Assembly: GCA_964387775.1 (NCBI GenBank)
Contig: CAYLZO010000003.1
Location: 1 to 56,420 of the forward strand
Length of the DNA stretch: 56,420 nt
Source of the DNA: an uncultured Anaerolineaceae bacterium
GTDB lineage: Bacteria > Chloroflexota > Anaerolineae > JAAYZQ01
Direction of reading: 5' to 3'
Translations under genes and position numbers: made by a program
The notes under the pieces: generated by a model
What the model saw: the letters and a program-made list of their open reading frames with translations, nothing else
The model's database searches: none
What the model was told of the DNA's origin: nothing
Shown: positions 1-8,706 of the stretch, piece by piece
Position numbering within the stretch: position 1 is the first letter of the stretch
Layout: every line of letters starts with the position of its first letter

Positions 1-42
1 AACGGGGCACAGGTTGTGCACGTGACGTTCATCAAGAACTGA
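1..42 (+). CDS. 3' end of unidentified CDS entering from upstream (...GAQVVHVTFIKN*)
   Basis: Frame 1 is open from the window edge to TGA 40-42 and is followed by a terminator hairpin. Too short to name. Confidence 0.25.
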   Translation, partial: NGAQVVHVTFIKN

Positions 43-59
43 GATCGCGAGATACCGTG

Positions 60-90
60 AAAGAGCCGGGCTGTTCAGGCCCGGCTCTTT
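60..90 (+). terminator. Stem-loop terminator (12-bp stem aaagagccgggc/gcccggctcttt)
   Basis: Perfect 12-bp inverted repeat with a 7-nt loop just after the upstream stop codon, ending in a T run. Confidence 0.6.
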
Positions 91-129
91 GTCATGTAAG
101 GCTGCCGTTGCTACACGAACCGGGCCAGA

Positions 130-159
130 TTGGGTCTTGCCCTGATTCTGGCGTATAAT
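130..159 (+). promoter_or_regulatory. Sigma70-like promoter of vapBC (TTGGGT-18-TATAAT)
   Basis: -35 at 130-135 and -10 at 154-159. The ORF-track ATG at 158 lies inside the -10 box. Confidence 0.4.
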
Positions 160-199
160 GGCAACGTGCAAGTACACGACTCTGGAAAGGAGCGTAACA

Positions 200-481
200 A
201 TGCAAGACGAGATCCAGTTGAAGCAGGCAGCGCTTGAACGATTGGGCAAATTGAACTCACCGGAACTGCGCCAGGTGCTCGGTTTTATGGATTTTTTACT
301 CGATCATCCCACGTCGCAAGCTAAAGAGTTGAAAGCACCTCCAGGAACCGTACAAGATTTGTTAGCTGTTGCGGGGTCCTGGGAATTTGAGCCAGGGGAG
401 CTTGAAGAGATTCTCCAGGACATTGAACAATCACGATTGATGGAATTAGAAGAGTCTTACGATGACAGTCTACTTGTTTGA
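200..481 (+). CDS. Type II antitoxin, DUF2281/VapB-like
   Basis: ATG 200 is preceded by GGAAAGGAG. The small acidic protein (LGKLNSPELRQVLGFMDFLL) overlaps the downstream PIN gene by 20 nt. Confidence 0.6.
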   Translation: MQDEIQLKQAALERLGKLNSPELRQVLGFMDFLLDHPTSQAKELKAPPGTVQDLLAVAGSWEFEPGELEEILQDIEQSRLMELEESYDDSLLV

Positions 482-863
482 TACCAACCACGCCTCCAGA
501 ATCATGGGTAGCAGGGACCAGATGGAGGCATTGATTACCCGCCGGACACAAGTAGGAGATCGATTCTTCACATGCGTGACAGTTCTGGGAGAGCTATATT
601 TCGCCGCATATGCCAGCAGCCGCCGGACCTACAACCTGCAGAATATCGAGGTATTGATCGACCACATCCCCGTTCTGGACTTTGACCTGGCAGCCGCCGA
701 AGAATATGGCCGCATCAAAACCGAGTTGAAAGCCAAAGGCCGGCCCATCCCCGGCACCGACGCCCAGATCGCGGCGGTAGCCCGCCTCCACGGCCTGGCT
801 GTGCTTTCGTCCGATCGCCACTTCCAGCACATAGACAGCCTGGAAGCAAAGAACTGGTTCTAG
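462..863 (+). CDS. vapC: PIN-domain toxin VapC
   Basis: 133 aa. N-terminal LFDTNH acidic motif, central E (GELYFAA), GTDAQIAAVA and SSDRHF motifs typical of PIN. Overlaps the antitoxin gene. Confidence 0.8.
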   Translation: MTVYLFDTNHASRIMGSRDQMEALITRRTQVGDRFFTCVTVLGELYFAAYASSRRTYNLQNIEVLIDHIPVLDFDLAAAEEYGRIKTELKAKGRPIPGTDAQIAAVARLHGLAVLSSDRHFQHIDSLEAKNWF

Positions 864-1038
864 TCACGAAAGCCTCCTCCGCACGGCTCGATTTCCAGTC
901 TGCACAGGAGTCCTCCTCCCCCAATCCCCCCTTGGTAGTAAGTTGAATAGTCCTTCCTGCCTATAGACAACCATCATAATCTGCGATAAACTGCGAGAGC
1001 ATCAACACGAACATCCACGACATTGGGAGAAAGCGACT

Positions 1039-4000
1039 ATGAAACTGAGACACGCGGTGCAGGCACTCCTGGTGGCCGTCGCCTTGCTGCTGGGCGGCGC
1101 GGCCAACGCCCAGCGGGCATCGTCTTTTACGCTCTATTTCTACCGCGAGGGCCAGGCCGTGCCGGTCCAGCGCGCCGGAATCCTAACGGGCGACGACCAG
1201 GCCGACGCCGAGACGCTGCTCGAAGCCCTGCTGGCCGGCCCCACCGGCGACGAACGGGCCGGCGGCCTGACCTCACCCCTGCCGCCGGACGCCAAGCTCG
1301 CGGCCGTGATCGTGGCCGGCGACGAGGTCACCGTGGACCTCGACCTTCCCCTCGATTTTTTGCGCGGCGACCTCGACCCCTTCCGCAGCGACGCCATCGT
1401 CGAGCAGATCGTCAAGACACTCCACCCGCTGGGCCTGCATCACGTCCACGTCCGCGCCGAGGACGAGGGGGGAGCGATTCTGCCCATCTCGGCTTTCCTG
1501 CCACGTCCAGCCGTGCCGGCGCCCGGCGTCCCGCCCAACGACGATGGTGCCCCGGACCGGCCGGGGTCTGAGCCCTCTGGCGTCGCGCAAGCCCAGGGCG
1601 CCCTCGCGGGCAAGGCGGTCTGGCTCAGCGCCGGCCACGGCTGGTACTGGAGCGAGACCCTGGGCCGCTGGACCACCCAGCGGGGCAACAACCACGGCCT
1701 CGTCGAGGATTTCTCCAACGCCGAGGCTGTCAACTATTACCTGGCCCGCTACCTGTCCAACGCCGGCGCCGACGTGTGGCTCGTCCGCGAGCGAGCCATG
1801 ACCGAGCACGAGGTCATCGTCGACAACGACGGGGGCAGCCCCGGCTACACCGAGACCGGCAGTTGGCTCACCAGCAGCACGCCCGGCTACCAGGGCGGCA
1901 CCTACCGCTGGGCCAACACCTTCGATACCCTCTCGGCCACGGCCACCTGGACGCCCGACCTGCCCCAGGCCGGCCGGTATGCCGTCTGGACCTGGTACCG
2001 CGAGGGCACCAACCGCCCCACCGATGCCCGCTACGAGGTCCACCACGCCGGCGGCGTGACCACCGTCCGGCTCTCCCAGGAGGTCCACGGCCGGACGTGG
2101 CGCTACCTGGGCGAATTCTATTTTCAGAGCGGCACGGCGGGCCACGTCACCCTGCTCAACGCCTCGGACGACCCCGCCCAGGCCGTCATCGCCGACGCCA
2201 TCCGCTTCGGCGGCGGGCTGGGCAGCATTGAGGCCCCTGCCGGGTCCAGCATCGAGGCCCCCGCCGGGGCCAGCGGCGAGCCCCGCTGGGAGGAGGCGGC
2301 CAAGTACTGGGCCCAATACCAGGGCGCGCCGCCCGAGGTCTATGGCAGCGACGTCACCGCCCGGCCCCTCTACGCCGAGTGGGAGGCGGCCAAGGGCTAT
2401 CCGGGCGAGGCCGCGAACGCCGTCTATGTCTCGTGGCACACCAACGCCGGCGGCGGTACCGGCACCGACAGCTTTGTCCACGACACGGAGCCGACCACCG
2501 GTAGCCTCCAACTCCAGGATTGGGTCCACGACGAGTTGATCTACGACCTGCGCCACGCCTGGAACCCCGAGTGGGTCAATCGCGGCCAAAAGAGCGCTGA
2601 TTTCGGCGAGTTGCGCGAACTCTCGACCATCCCCGGCGTGCTGCTCGAAGTCGCCTTCCACGACACCGAGGACCCCGGCGACGCCGACGACCTGCGCGAG
2701 CCCCACTTTCGCCAGATCGCGGCCCGGGCCGTGTACCAAGGCATCGCCAAATACCACGCCCAGCGGGAGGCGGCCCCGGTGTACCTCCTGCCCGAGCCGC
2801 CTCAACGGCTGGCTGTCCGAACCACCGCCTCCGGCCAGGTGACGCTGACCTGGGCGCCGCCGCCCTGCTGCGACGGCGTGCTGGGCGACGCCGCCACGGG
2901 CTACAGGGTCTACCACAGCGCCGACGGCCGCGCCTTTGACGGCGGGACCGAAACCCTCAGCCCGACCCTGGTCCTGCCCGGCCTGCTGCCCGGCTCGCTC
3001 CACTTTTTCCGGGTGACGGCCCTGAACCCCGGCGGCGAGTCCTTCCCCTCGCCCGTCGTCGCCGTGCGGCTCCCGGAGGAAAAGATGTGGCGTAGTGCAA
3101 CTCTCCCCCTCCCTTCGGTCGCCTCCCCCAAGGGAGGGGAGCCAGCTCCCTCTCCCCCCGGGGGGAGACACTTCGTCAGCGCCTTTGGCGGGGATGGGGT
3201 GAGGGGGGATATTCTCGCAAACGTCCCCACTTTCCTCGTCGTAGACGGCTTTGACCGGCTGGACGCGGCGGCCCTCGTCCCCCAGTGGGAGAGCCCCTTC
3301 CTGGGCACCGCCCAACGCATGTTCCTGGAGCGGATGAACCGCTATGACCACGCGGTCGAGCACGCACAGGCCCTCGACGCCTGTGGCTGGGCCTTTGACG
3401 GCGCCGTGAACGAGGCAGTGGCCGCCGGCGACGTCGCGCTGTCCGCCTACCCGGCCGTGGACTGGTTCGTCGGCGAGGATGCTGCCGCCGACGCGGCCCT
3501 GGACGACGCCGAGCGGGCCTTGCTGGCCAGCTACCTCGACGGCGGTGGGGGGCTCCTACTCTCCGGCTCGGAGATCGGCTACGACCTGGTGGAGAGCGAC
3601 CGCGATCCGGACTTTTATGGCGACTACCTCCGCGCCGTCTACCTGGGCGACGACGCCGACACCTACGACTTTGCCGGGCTGGCGGGCGGACCCTTCTCCG
3701 GCCTGGCGGGCCGCTTTGACGCTGGCAGCGAGGGCGCCTACGACGTCGGCTGGCCCGACCGGCTGGCGGCCAGCGGCGGTTCGACCGTGACCCTCTCCTA
3801 TCTGGGCGGCACCGGCGATGGCGCCGCCGTGACCTACGACGGCGCCTACCGCCTCGTCCACGTCGGCTTTCCCCTGGAAACCGTCACCGATCCGCTGACG
3901 CGCACCGCCCTCTTTTGCGCTGCCGCCGACTACCTGCTGGCGCCCCGGGGGCCGGGGCTGTCTTTTGTGCCCTCTCACAGCGGGGTGGCGCTCGCCGGCC

Positions 4001-6291
4001 AGACGGCGACCTACACCCACACCCTGACCAACCTCGGCCCCCTGACCGACACCTTCCAACTGAGCCACGCCAGCAGCCGGGGCTGGACCGTGACCCACAC
4101 CCCGGCCCTCACCCTGGGCGCCGGGCTGTCCGCCACGCTGGCCGTCCAAGTCGCTGTGCCAGCCGATGCGCTGAGTGGCACCGTGGAGGCCACCGTCCTG
4201 ACGGCCACCTCGCAGCTCGGCCCGACCGTCTGGGCCGCCGTGACCGACACCACCACCGCCGTCCAGCCGGCCCCCGTGCCCCTGGCCTGCCGCCCCCGCC
4301 TGATCGACCCCGGCTTTGAGCAGGGGCCGGGCCAGTCGGCCTGGCAGGTGAGCGCGCCCGAGGCTGTCTCCGTCCTGGTGAGCCAAGACGACCTGCCCGC
4401 GGGCGTCCAACCGCACGGCGGCGAGTGGCTGGCCTGGCTGTCGCCCACTCTCAGCGAGACCGTGGCGCTGACCCAGGTCGTCGCCCTGCCGCCGGGCGAG
4501 CTGACCAGCACCTTGTCCCTCGCCTGGCTGGTCGACACAGACTGGCCCAATCTTGAAGACTGGGCCAGTCTCCAGGTGTACGACCTGGGCGGCGCGCTCC
4601 AGACGACGCTGCTGACCGTCACCGGCGAACCGCTCACGGATACCTGGTTCGTGAGCGAATTCGACGTGGGCGAATTCGCCGGCCAGACGCTGCAACTCGT
4701 CGTCCACGCCGACAGCCGTGCCACCCACTTTTTCGTGGACGACGTGAACCTCACCACCTGCGGCCCCCTCGGCGCCGACGAGTTCCGCGCCCTATGGGTG
4801 GACGCCTACCACGACGGCGCCAAGACGCCACAGCAGATCGACGAGTTGGTCGAGACGGCCCGGGCCGGCAATTTCAACGCCCTGGTCGTCCAGGTGCGGC
4901 GCCGGGGCGACACCTACTACCCCTCGGCCCTGGACCCCTGGGCGCCCGACGCCGACCCGGGCTTTGACGCGCTGGCCCATCTGATCCAGCGCGCCCACGC
5001 CGCCGGCCTCGAGGTCCACGCCTGGGCCACGACGCTGGCCATCTGGGGGGGCGATGGGCTACCCGCCGCGGCCGACCACGCGTTCAACGTCCACGGGCCG
5101 GGCGCCACCGGCCGCGATTACTGGCTGATGACCAGCTTTGCCGGCGAGGACAAGCCGGGCGGCGAGATCTACTACCTCGATCCGGGGCATCCCGACGTCG
5201 TGGACTATACCGTGGCCGTGTACGCCGAGCTGGCGGCCAACTATGACCTGGACGGCCTGCACCTGGATCGCGTCCGTTACCCCGAGCCCCAGGGCGCCTA
5301 CTGCCAGGGCCAGGACTGGTACTGCCAGGACTGGGGCTACAACCCGACGTCCGTCGCCCGCTTCCAGGCGGAGAAGGGCCGCGCTGACCCTTCGACATGG
5401 CGGCCCGAAGGCCGCACATCAGGGCAAAGCGTCCCCGATCCCCTCGACGAGGCGTGGGTCCAGTGGCGCCGCGACCGGGTGACGGCCCTGGTGCGCCGCA
5501 TCTACCTGGCGGTCACGGCGCTCAACCCAGAGTTGCGCGTCAGTGCTGCCCTGTCCACGGTGGGTTACGCGCCGACCGAGGCATTTGGCTGGGAGACCCG
5601 CTCGCCCTATCGCCAGCAGCTCCAGGACTGGCGGGGCTGGCTGGCGGAGGGCAGCCTCGACGTGGCGCTGCCCATGACCTACCGCGACGAGGACACCGAC
5701 GCGGCCCAGTTCGACGCGTGGGTTGAGTGGCAGAGGGATCATCAGTACGGCCGGGCCACCGTGGTCGGCACCGGTCTCTTTCTCAACGACGTGGCCGGCA
5801 GCCTGGCCCAGTGGCAACGGCTGCGGGCGCCGTCCGGCGGGGGCAACCAGGCCCTGGGCCTGGCGGGCTATAGCTACGCCACGCCCAGCCGCGATGGGAC
5901 CTCGCGCCGCGCGTTCGCCAACGCCGCCGTCACCGCTGTTCTCACCCGCCCCGCCTCGACGACGCCGCTCCCCTGGAAAGACGCGGCGGCGCTGGGCCAC
6001 CTGATGGGCACGTTGGCCCAGCCCGAGCCCTGTGCCAGCCTCGATGGCCTCTTCCTCACCCTCAGCGGCCCCCAGACCCGCACGCTAACCACCGACGGCA
6101 GCGGCTGGTTCGGTGCCATCGACCTGCCGCCGGGTGAGTATCTGCTCTCAACAGAAGTGCCGTCCACGGGGGAACCCCTCACCTCGAGCGTCTCGATTTC
6201 GGCCGGGGCAGTGAGCAGCCAGACAATCGTCTTGCCCTCTTGCCAAGTCTCTCGCCTCTATCTGCCTCTCGTAGTGAAAACACAACCCTGA
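1039..6291 (+). CDS. Secreted multidomain cell-wall hydrolase: GerMN-like domain, MurNAc-L-Ala amidase with inserted golvesin/CBM-like module, FN3, Ig/CBM-like modules, GHL10 (DUF187/YngK-type) TIM barrel, C-terminal CarboxypepD_reg-like domain
   Basis: Signal peptide MKLRHAVQALLVAVALLLGGAANA. Amidase motifs AGHGWYW, SWHTNAGGGTGTDSF and LLEVAFHD. FN3 segment (VTLTWAPP...FFRVTALNPGG). GHL10-like FRALWVDAYHDG...NFNALVVQVRRRGDTYYPS. RBS GGGAGAAAG lies upstream. Confidence 0.75.
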   Translation: MKLRHAVQALLVAVALLLGGAANAQRASSFTLYFYREGQAVPVQRAGILTGDDQADAETLLEALLAGPTGDERAGGLTSPLPPDAKLAAVIVAGDEVTVDLDLPLDFLRGDLDPFRSDAIVEQIVKTLHPLGLHHVHVRAEDEGGAILPISAFLPRPAVPAPGVPPNDDGAPDRPGSEPSGVAQAQGALAGKAVWLSAGHGWYWSETLGRWTTQRGNNHGLVEDFSNAEAVNYYLARYLSNAGADVWLVRERAMTEHEVIVDNDGGSPGYTETGSWLTSSTPGYQGGTYRWANTFDTLSATATWTPDLPQAGRYAVWTWYREGTNRPTDARYEVHHAGGVTTVRLSQEVHGRTWRYLGEFYFQSGTAGHVTLLNASDDPAQAVIADAIRFGGGLGSIEAPAGSSIEAPAGASGEPRWEEAAKYWAQYQGAPPEVYGSDVTARPLYAEWEAAKGYPGEAANAVYVSWHTNAGGGTGTDSFVHDTEPTTGSLQLQDWVHDELIYDLRHAWNPEWVNRGQKSADFGELRELSTIPGVLLEVAFHDTEDPGDADDLREPHFRQIAARAVYQGIAKYHAQREAAPVYLLPEPPQRLAVRTTASGQVTLTWAPPPCCDGVLGDAATGYRVYHSADGRAFDGGTETLSPTLVLPGLLPGSLHFFRVTALNPGGESFPSPVVAVRLPEEKMWRSATLPLPSVASPKGGEPAPSPPGGRHFVSAFGGDGVRGDILANVPTFLVVDGFDRLDAAALVPQWESPFLGTAQRMFLERMNRYDHAVEHAQALDACGWAFDGAVNEAVAAGDVALSAYPAVDWFVGEDAAADAALDDAERALLASYLDGGGGLLLSGSEIGYDLVESDRDPDFYGDYLRAVYLGDDADTYDFAGLAGGPFSGLAGRFDAGSEGAYDVGWPDRLAASGGSTVTLSYLGGTGDGAAVTYDGAYRLVHVGFPLETVTDPLTRTALFCAAADYLLAPRGPGLSFVPSHSGVALAGQTATYTHTLTNLGPLTDTFQLSHASSRGWTVTHTPALTLGAGLSATLAVQVAVPADALSGTVEATVLTATSQLGPTVWAAVTDTTTAVQPAPVPLACRPRLIDPGFEQGPGQSAWQVSAPEAVSVLVSQDDLPAGVQPHGGEWLAWLSPTLSETVALTQVVALPPGELTSTLSLAWLVDTDWPNLEDWASLQVYDLGGALQTTLLTVTGEPLTDTWFVSEFDVGEFAGQTLQLVVHADSRATHFFVDDVNLTTCGPLGADEFRALWVDAYHDGAKTPQQIDELVETARAGNFNALVVQVRRRGDTYYPSALDPWAPDADPGFDALAHLIQRAHAAGLEVHAWATTLAIWGGDGLPAAADHAFNVHGPGATGRDYWLMTSFAGEDKPGGEIYYLDPGHPDVVDYTVAVYAELAANYDLDGLHLDRVRYPEPQGAYCQGQDWYCQDWGYNPTSVARFQAEKGRADPSTWRPEGRTSGQSVPDPLDEAWVQWRRDRVTALVRRIYLAVTALNPELRVSAALSTVGYAPTEAFGWETRSPYRQQLQDWRGWLAEGSLDVALPMTYRDEDTDAAQFDAWVEWQRDHQYGRATVVGTGLFLNDVAGSLAQWQRLRAPSGGGNQALGLAGYSYATPSRDGTSRRAFANAAVTAVLTRPASTTPLPWKDAAALGHLMGTLAQPEPCASLDGLFLTLSGPQTRTLTTDGSGWFGAIDLPPGEYLLSTEVPSTGEPLTSSVSISAGAVSSQTIVLPSCQVSRLYLPLVVKTQP
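2224..2271 (+). repeat. 24-nt in-frame tandem duplication (SIEAPAGS/SIEAPAGA)
   Basis: agcattgaggcccctgccgggtcc followed by agcatcgaggcccccgccggggcc, with 3 mismatches. Confidence 0.8.
3095..3215 (+). repeat. GC-rich palindromic element translated in frame within the hydrolase linker
   Basis: Perfect 18-nt palindrome tctccccccggggggaga (3151-3168). Imperfect hairpin ctccccctccct...agggaggggag (3103-3141). Trailing ggcggggatggggtgagggggg. Encodes low-complexity PLPSVASPKGGEPAPSPPGG. Confidence 0.5.
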
Positions 6292-6314
6292 GGGCCTTTT
6301 CGACCCTGCTTGCG

Positions 6315-6344
6315 TTGTCTTTCCCTCGGAATCTGTGGTATAAT
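6315..6344 (+). promoter_or_regulatory. Extended -10 promoter (TTGTCT-18-TGgTATAAT)
   Basis: TATAAT at 6339-6344 with TG at -15/-14. About 150-nt leader before ATG 6500. Confidence 0.45.
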
Positions 6345-6499
6345 AAACGTCGATAAACGAGCCAAAAGCAGGCAGCTCTCATCGCCTCGCCTGGCTCTTC
6401 GAGGCCAGATTCCAATCTCGCAAAGGGGGTGAGCTATCGAATCGTGACCCATTTCGTTTTCCTACGTCCGTTTCCACAAGAAAGAAAGGAGGAACTTGC

Positions 6500-7222
6500 A
6501 TGAACAGCTTTGCCGGTTCCCTGCGACTGGGCTGGAGGGCGCTGCTCCTGAGGGAAGAGGCTTACGAGGAGATGCGTGCCGCCGACAATCCCGTCGTCAA
6601 GGGCCTGATCCTGATCTTGATCGTGGGCGTCGTCATCGCCCTGCTGGGCCTGGTGGGCACGACCATCGAATGGGCCAGCACCCCCGACCTGGGCCGGATG
6701 AAGGACGTCATCCTCGACTATATGCCCCAGATGTTCTGGTGGGAAGAGGCCATGCGCGCCGATCCCGATTTCGCCGAGGAGTTCTTGGAGCGGTACAACT
6801 TGGGCTGGGAGATCTTTCCCACCCTCTTTGGCGCGCCGGACGTGGGCGGCGCGGCGCTGGGCCTCATCACCACGCCGCTGGGCCTGGTCGTCCGCTGGCT
6901 TCTTTACGGCATCCTGGCCTACCTCTTTGCCCGGTGGCTGGGTGGTACGGCCGACTTTAGCGAGACACTGGGCGTGCTGGCCCTGGCCGTCGCTCCTCAG
7001 GCCTTGAACGTCCTGAACTTGGTGCCCTTTGTGGAGCTGGGCAGCGTGGTGAGTGTGTGGGGCATCCTGTGCGCTTACGTCGGGCTCAAGACGGCCCACA
7101 AACTCTCGTGGGCACGGGCTGTGTGGGCCACGCTTTTGCCCTTCATTCTCTCCATTGGAGTTCTTGTTGCCGCCGCGTGCCTGGGTTCGGGCATCGTGGC
7201 TGCCGTGGTGAAGGGGGGCTAG
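6500..7222 (+). CDS. Yip1-domain membrane protein
   Basis: RBS AAGGAGGAA upstream. N-terminal LLREEAYEEMRAADNPVVKG followed by five hydrophobic helices, as in the Yip1/DUF1282 family. Confidence 0.6.
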   Translation: MNSFAGSLRLGWRALLLREEAYEEMRAADNPVVKGLILILIVGVVIALLGLVGTTIEWASTPDLGRMKDVILDYMPQMFWWEEAMRADPDFAEEFLERYNLGWEIFPTLFGAPDVGGAALGLITTPLGLVVRWLLYGILAYLFARWLGGTADFSETLGVLALAVAPQALNVLNLVPFVELGSVVSVWGILCAYVGLKTAHKLSWARAVWATLLPFILSIGVLVAAACLGSGIVAAVVKGG

Positions 7223-7224
7223 TC

Positions 7225-7944
7225 ATGGGCAATCTGCTGAGTACCGTATTCCGAACCATCATCCTCGACGACGCAGCGTTCGAGGAATGGCGCGAGCGGC
7301 CGAACCTCTTTGTCCGAGGCATTCTCCTCATCGTCGCCGTGTCGCTCGTCGCCGGGCTGGTCTCCTTTGCCATCGGTTTTGTCGACAACGTCACGTCGGT
7401 AGACCCGCGCGAGATCAAAGAGGCCATCGAGCAGTCGTTCCAGTTCAATCCCGCCTACCAGGACCCCGAATTCCGCGAGATGATGGAAGAGCTGATGGAC
7501 ACCCTCGTGCCCATGATCGTCGAGATCTCTGAGGTCGAGGCGCCGCTGCCTCGGGGCATCGCGGGCTTTTTCCAGGCGGTGGGCGGCTGGCTGTCGGGGG
7601 CGCTGCGGTCCATCGGCGGCTGGCTCTTTTACGGGGCGCTGGTCCTCGTCGTCGCCAACCTGTTAGGTGGCGGGGCCAAACTGCCCGACTTTTTGGGGAT
7701 GGTCTCGCTCTACGCCGTGCCGGGACTGCTGAACCTCTTGGCCCCGATCCCGTGCGTGGGTGGCGTGATCTGGTTGGTCGCCACCATCTGGAGCATCGTC
7801 GTCTATGTCAAGGCCGTGTCGGTGATGACCGACCTGGACGTCGGCCAGTCGATCCTGGCCGTGCTCGCGCCGGCCATCGCCATCGTCCTCTTGGGCCTGC
7901 TGCTGCTCATCCTGGCGACCCTCTGGCTTCTCTTGCTGTTCTAG
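7225..7944 (+). CDS. Yip1-domain membrane protein (paralog)
   Basis: ATG 7225 lies 2 nt after the upstream stop. ILDDAAFEEWRERPNLFVRG followed by multiple TM helices. Confidence 0.6.
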   Translation: MGNLLSTVFRTIILDDAAFEEWRERPNLFVRGILLIVAVSLVAGLVSFAIGFVDNVTSVDPREIKEAIEQSFQFNPAYQDPEFREMMEELMDTLVPMIVEISEVEAPLPRGIAGFFQAVGGWLSGALRSIGGWLFYGALVLVVANLLGGGAKLPDFLGMVSLYAVPGLLNLLAPIPCVGGVIWLVATIWSIVVYVKAVSVMTDLDVGQSILAVLAPAIAIVLLGLLLLILATLWLLLLF

Positions 7945-7980
7945 CTGGATTCAAGACAAAAGGTGCCAGGCACCTGTCAG

Positions 7981-8024
7981 AAACAATTGGGAGGGTGGGG
8001 GTTCCCCCACCCTCCCAATTGTTT
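7981..8024. terminator. Bidirectional terminator: 44-nt near-perfect palindrome with 21-nt arms
   Basis: aaacaattgggagggtggggg / cccccaccctcccaattgttt between convergent genes. A smaller hairpin lies at 7960-7974. Confidence 0.7.
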
Positions 8025-8069
8025 TGGCCATCGCCTACAGAGAAGGCAAGACGGCGCCGTCTAGTGAAT

Positions 8070-8558
8070 TCACTGGGCTTCCAGCGCGGCTTTCACCTTG
8101 TCGTAGGTTTGCAGCCACGTCTCGGGCACTACCCGCATGTTGCCGACGACGGGCATAAAGTTCGTATCCCCCAGCCAGCGGGGCACAGCGTGGATGTGGA
8201 CGTGATCCTCGATGCCGGCGCCGGCCGCGCGGCCCAGATTGACGCCGATGTTGAACCCCTCGGGGGCCATAGCCGCTCGCAGGGCGGCCAAGCCCCGGTT
8301 GAGGAGCAACATCATCTCGGTCAGCGTCTCGGGCGCCAGGTTCTCCAGGCTGGGCACGTGGTCATAGGGCACGGTCATAAAGTGGCCGTTGTTGTACGGA
8401 TAGCGATTCAGGATGAGAAAGGCCTGCTCGCCCCGGAGCAAGACCTGGTTTTCCCGGTCGTCGTCGCCCTCGACAGCCTGGCAAAAAATACAGCCACCAG
8501 GCTCCGCCGCGGTCAGATACTCCAGCCGCCAGGGCGACCACAGATGTTTCATCAGCAA
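8070..8558 (-). CDS. HIT-family nucleotide hydrolase/phosphorylase (Ap4A phosphorylase-like)
   Basis: Histidine-triad motif HVHIHAVPRW. N-terminal LWSPWRLEYL. Confidence 0.8.
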   Translation of the reverse strand: MLMKHLWSPWRLEYLTAAEPGGCIFCQAVEGDDDRENQVLLRGEQAFLILNRYPYNNGHFMTVPYDHVPSLENLAPETLTEMMLLLNRGLAALRAAMAPEGFNIGVNLGRAAGAGIEDHVHIHAVPRWLGDTNFMPVVGNMRVVPETWLQTYDKVKAALEAQ

Positions 8559-8613
8559 TCCTCCTCACGGAAAGATAAAAAGCACGCTGGCCAAGACACA
8601 ACACGTAGCCAGG

Positions 8614-8679
8614 GCGTGATGCGTGTTGCGTGATCCGTGATCAGATACGCACTACGCACTACGCATCACGTTTTACGTT
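8614..8679. repeat. Heptamer-phased inverted repeat (gcgtgat-type x4 / ntacgca-type x5)
   Basis: gcgtgat gcgtgtt gcgtgat ccgtgat cag atacgca ctacgca ctacgca tcacgtt ttacgtt, in the divergent HIT/rnz gap. Confidence 0.8.
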
Positions 8680-8700
8680 TCGAGCCTTTTGTGCTACAAT
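8672..8700 (+). promoter_or_regulatory. Promoter of leaderless rnz (TTTACG-17-TGcTACAAT)
   Basis: The -10 box at 8695-8700 ends 6 nt before ATG 8707. The -35 lies inside the last heptamer units. Confidence 0.5.
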
Positions 8701-8706
8701 CCTTCC

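Noticed and set aside
158-199. Longer ORF-track starts at 158, 8689, 21933, 34062 and 48817.
   Set aside because: These codons lie inside -10/-35 boxes (158, 8689, 48817) or would translate repeat hairpins (21933, 34062). Downstream starts have an RBS or fit a leaderless geometry.
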